64,000 bases of DNA, taken from an uncultured Acidimicrobiales bacterium. Its GTDB lineage: Bacteria; Actinomycetota; Acidimicrobiia; Acidimicrobiales; DATKAS01. Below the pieces are notes generated by a model. The model was not told the origin of the DNA and ran no database searches. It was given only the letters and a program-made list of their open reading frames with translations. Of this stretch, positions 62,338 to 64,000 are shown piece by piece (within the stretch, counting starts at the first letter, position 1; every line of letters starts with the position of its first letter). Both the position numbers and the translations under genes were made by a program. The DNA is taken from the NCBI GenBank assembly GCA_963747215.1, contig CAVVET010000022.1, positions 76,637 to 140,636 on the forward strand. Reading direction: 5' to 3'.

Positions 62338-62370
62338 TGATTTCTCCCATGTATCTTGCTGACAAGATAC
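62294..62370. promoter_or_regulatory. Array of GTATCTTG half-sites including a perfect inverted repeat (MarR operator candidate)
   Basis: GTATCTTG-CTGA-CAAGATAC at 62351-62370 lies between the divergent MarR and SRPBCC genes. Further direct copies are at 62294 (7 of 8), 62309 and 62324 (GCATCTTG). A 15-bp tandem duplication ATCTTGACTCATTG(C) sits at 62311-62339, inside the first MarR codons. Confidence 0.6.
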
Positions 62371-62391
62371 ATGACGACAAGGAGCACGGCA

Positions 62392-62884
62392 ATGACCCTG
62401 ACGCAGACCCTGACCCAGCTCCGAGACACCGACCCAGACCCTGTACACCCATGTCGACATCGAGATCCCCCGGCCGGCAGACGAGGTGTGGGCGGTCGTG
62501 ACGAACTACGCGACCGACACGACCTGGCGGAAGGGCATCACCGAGATGACCCCTGACCGCGACGGCCCGCCGCAGGTCGGCACCAAGGTGCGCGAGGTGC
62601 TGCACCTCGGTGGCAAGGACTACGTCACCGACACGGTCGTCACCGAGGTCGGCCCCGGGATGAGCTACCGGTTCGCCGGCGAGGGCACGAGCGGCGTCGT
62701 TCGGGGCGGCCGCAGCGTCGTCTCGTCGACGCCCGATTCGGCGGTGTTCACCTACGACGTCGAGCTCGAGCCCCATACGATCCCGAAGCTCGCCCGGCCG
62801 ATCCTGCGTTGGTGGCTGCAGCACAGCCTTCGGCGCGACCTGCGGCGTCTCCGCTCATTCGTCGTGCACGCGACCTCCGCGTGA
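62392..62884 (+). CDS. SRPBCC family protein (polyketide cyclase/dehydrase-like), one frame break
   Basis: ATG 62392 lies 7 nt after AAGGAG. After the break near 62440 the sequence reads TLYTHVDIEIPRPADEVWAVVTNYATDTTWRKGI (ORF 62486..62884). Confidence 0.7.
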
Positions 62885-64000
62885 CCGATCCACTCGATCG
62901 CGCTCGGAGATGAAGTGGGAGGCCGCATCCATGCGCGCGTCGGCCTCCGCCACGAGGGCGGCGGCGCTGGCGGCGTCACCCGCGTCGGCGCCGACCCGAG
63001 CGAGGGCGTCGAGAGCGAAGACCTCGACGTGTGCTTCGTCGCTGCTTCGCGCGACGTCGAGCACAGCGGCAAGTCGGTCACGTGCGTCCGCAACGCCGTC
63101 AGCGGCATCCATCGCCGCCAGCAGGCACTCAGCGAGCAGTGCCTGCTCGCCTCCGCCCGCAGCGCGGTGCCAGGCGACCGCCGACTCGAGTGCCGCGTCG
63201 GGCCTCGTCGGTGTCCCCGAGCGCTCGCAGCACTCGTCCGAGATGCGTGCGGGCGAGCGCGGCCATGCGGAGGTCGCCGGTCGCCTCGGCCTTCTCGATG
63301 GCGACGCTCAGCGTGGCCGCACCCGCGTCGTAGTCACCTGCCTGGCACTGAGCTCGGCCGAGACTCGCGACCTGATAGGCCTCGGTCTGACGGAAGCCGA
63401 GACGTCGAGAGGTCTCCGACGCACGTGCGTAGTGCGTGACCGCGTCGTCGAAGCGTCCCTGCAGACGAGCGAGCTCGCCGAGCTGGGCATCGCCGTGGAC
63501 GTGGAGCCACGGGTCGTCGACGGCAACAAGCGCGCTCTGAACCCGATCGCACCCCTCGGCCGCCAACTGTTGGTCCCCCGCCGAGATCGCCGCGCGAGCC
63601 GCGAAGAGCTCGTTGGCGGCAAGGTCCCAAGGCCGCTCGAGCTCGCGGTACAGCGCGCGACTGCGATCGGTCAGCTCGATCGCCTGCCTGAAGTCGCCGT
63701 GATGCGACACGACGTAGGCCAAGTAGTACGCACCACGAGCCTGGAGGTCGGCGTCGTCCATCTCCTCCGCGATGTCGGTCGCGAGGCCGATGTGCTCACG
63801 GGCCAAGTCGAGGTCACCGATCGAGGCTTCGATCCACGCCGCGAACAGGAGCGCAGTCGCCCGATCACCCGGGTCCGCGACGTCACCCACCGCACCGAGT
63901 GCAGTCAGGATCCGCTGCGCACCGCGGCTGTCGCCCAGCACAACCCACGCCCATCCGAAGCCGTTGACGATGGAGAGCGCAAGAAGCGGATCGCGGGCGG
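62855..64000 (-). CDS. C-terminal TPR-repeat region of a large regulatory protein (5' part beyond window), one frame break
   Basis: The ORF 63129..63941 frame is open to base 64000. It has repeated A/L/G-rich TPR-like units (ARGAYYLAYVVSHHGDFRQAIEL, AYQVASLGRAQCQAGDYDAGAATL). The tail is in ORF 62855..63112. The domain family of the missing N-terminus is unknown. Confidence 0.55.

Noticed and set aside
60215-64000. Possible genomic island integrated at the tmRNA 3' end.
   Set aside because: There is no integrase and no duplicated copy of the tmRNA 3' end within the window. The gene content (DHFR-like, ArsR, MarR, SRPBCC) is ordinary, and composition stays GC-rich except at the operators.

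Overview
Very GC-rich, densely packed chromosomal segment. It looks like Actinomycetota: mycothiol/DinB-type enzymes, a SigK/RskA-like pair, an AddAB/AdnAB-type helicase-nuclease, mec-cysM-murI-rph-rdgB synteny, many GTG/TTG starts and many 4-nt start/stop overlaps. I call about 72 protein genes, one tRNA-Leu(UAG) and one tmRNA. I found no rRNA, CRISPR array, transposase or integrase.

Layout:
- 1-19.8 kb: accessory catabolic block. It holds a LivG/LivF-type ABC ATPase, an FAD monooxygenase, a PaaX-type regulator, three luciferase-like monooxygenases, and FAH, thiolase, enoyl-CoA hydratase, acyl-CoA synthetase, SDR, bicupin, dienelactone hydrolase, DUF3500 and TauD genes. gpsA is embedded in it.
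- 19.8-45 kb: PEP-utilizing enzyme, bfr-bfd, MBL hydrolases, an orphan Rieske oxygenase, a Sco-CtaG copper/cytochrome oxidase assembly operon, an ECF sigma/RskA-like pair, rpe, the AddAB/AdnAB-like pair, clpP, tRNA-Leu, and a HerA-like ATPase coupled to an MFS transporter.
- 45-54 kb: conserved housekeeping block (rdgB, rph, MBL, murI, cysM, mec, smpB, rsgA).
- 54.8-57.6 kb: copper cluster. Two YcnI/DUF1775 genes are followed by an ECF sigma factor and an anti-sigma factor whose external domain is a PCuAC copper chaperone. This is my top candidate for something new.
- 59.8-64 kb: tmRNA, then small ArsR and MarR regulons with clear AT-rich operators, then the 3' part of a TPR regulator.

Main caveat: by manual count about 60 reading-frame breaks interrupt about 35 genes, including housekeeping genes. 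Most are probably indel errors in the assembly, so many coordinates span several ORF-track fragments. All homology calls come from motif recognition by eye; no searches were run.
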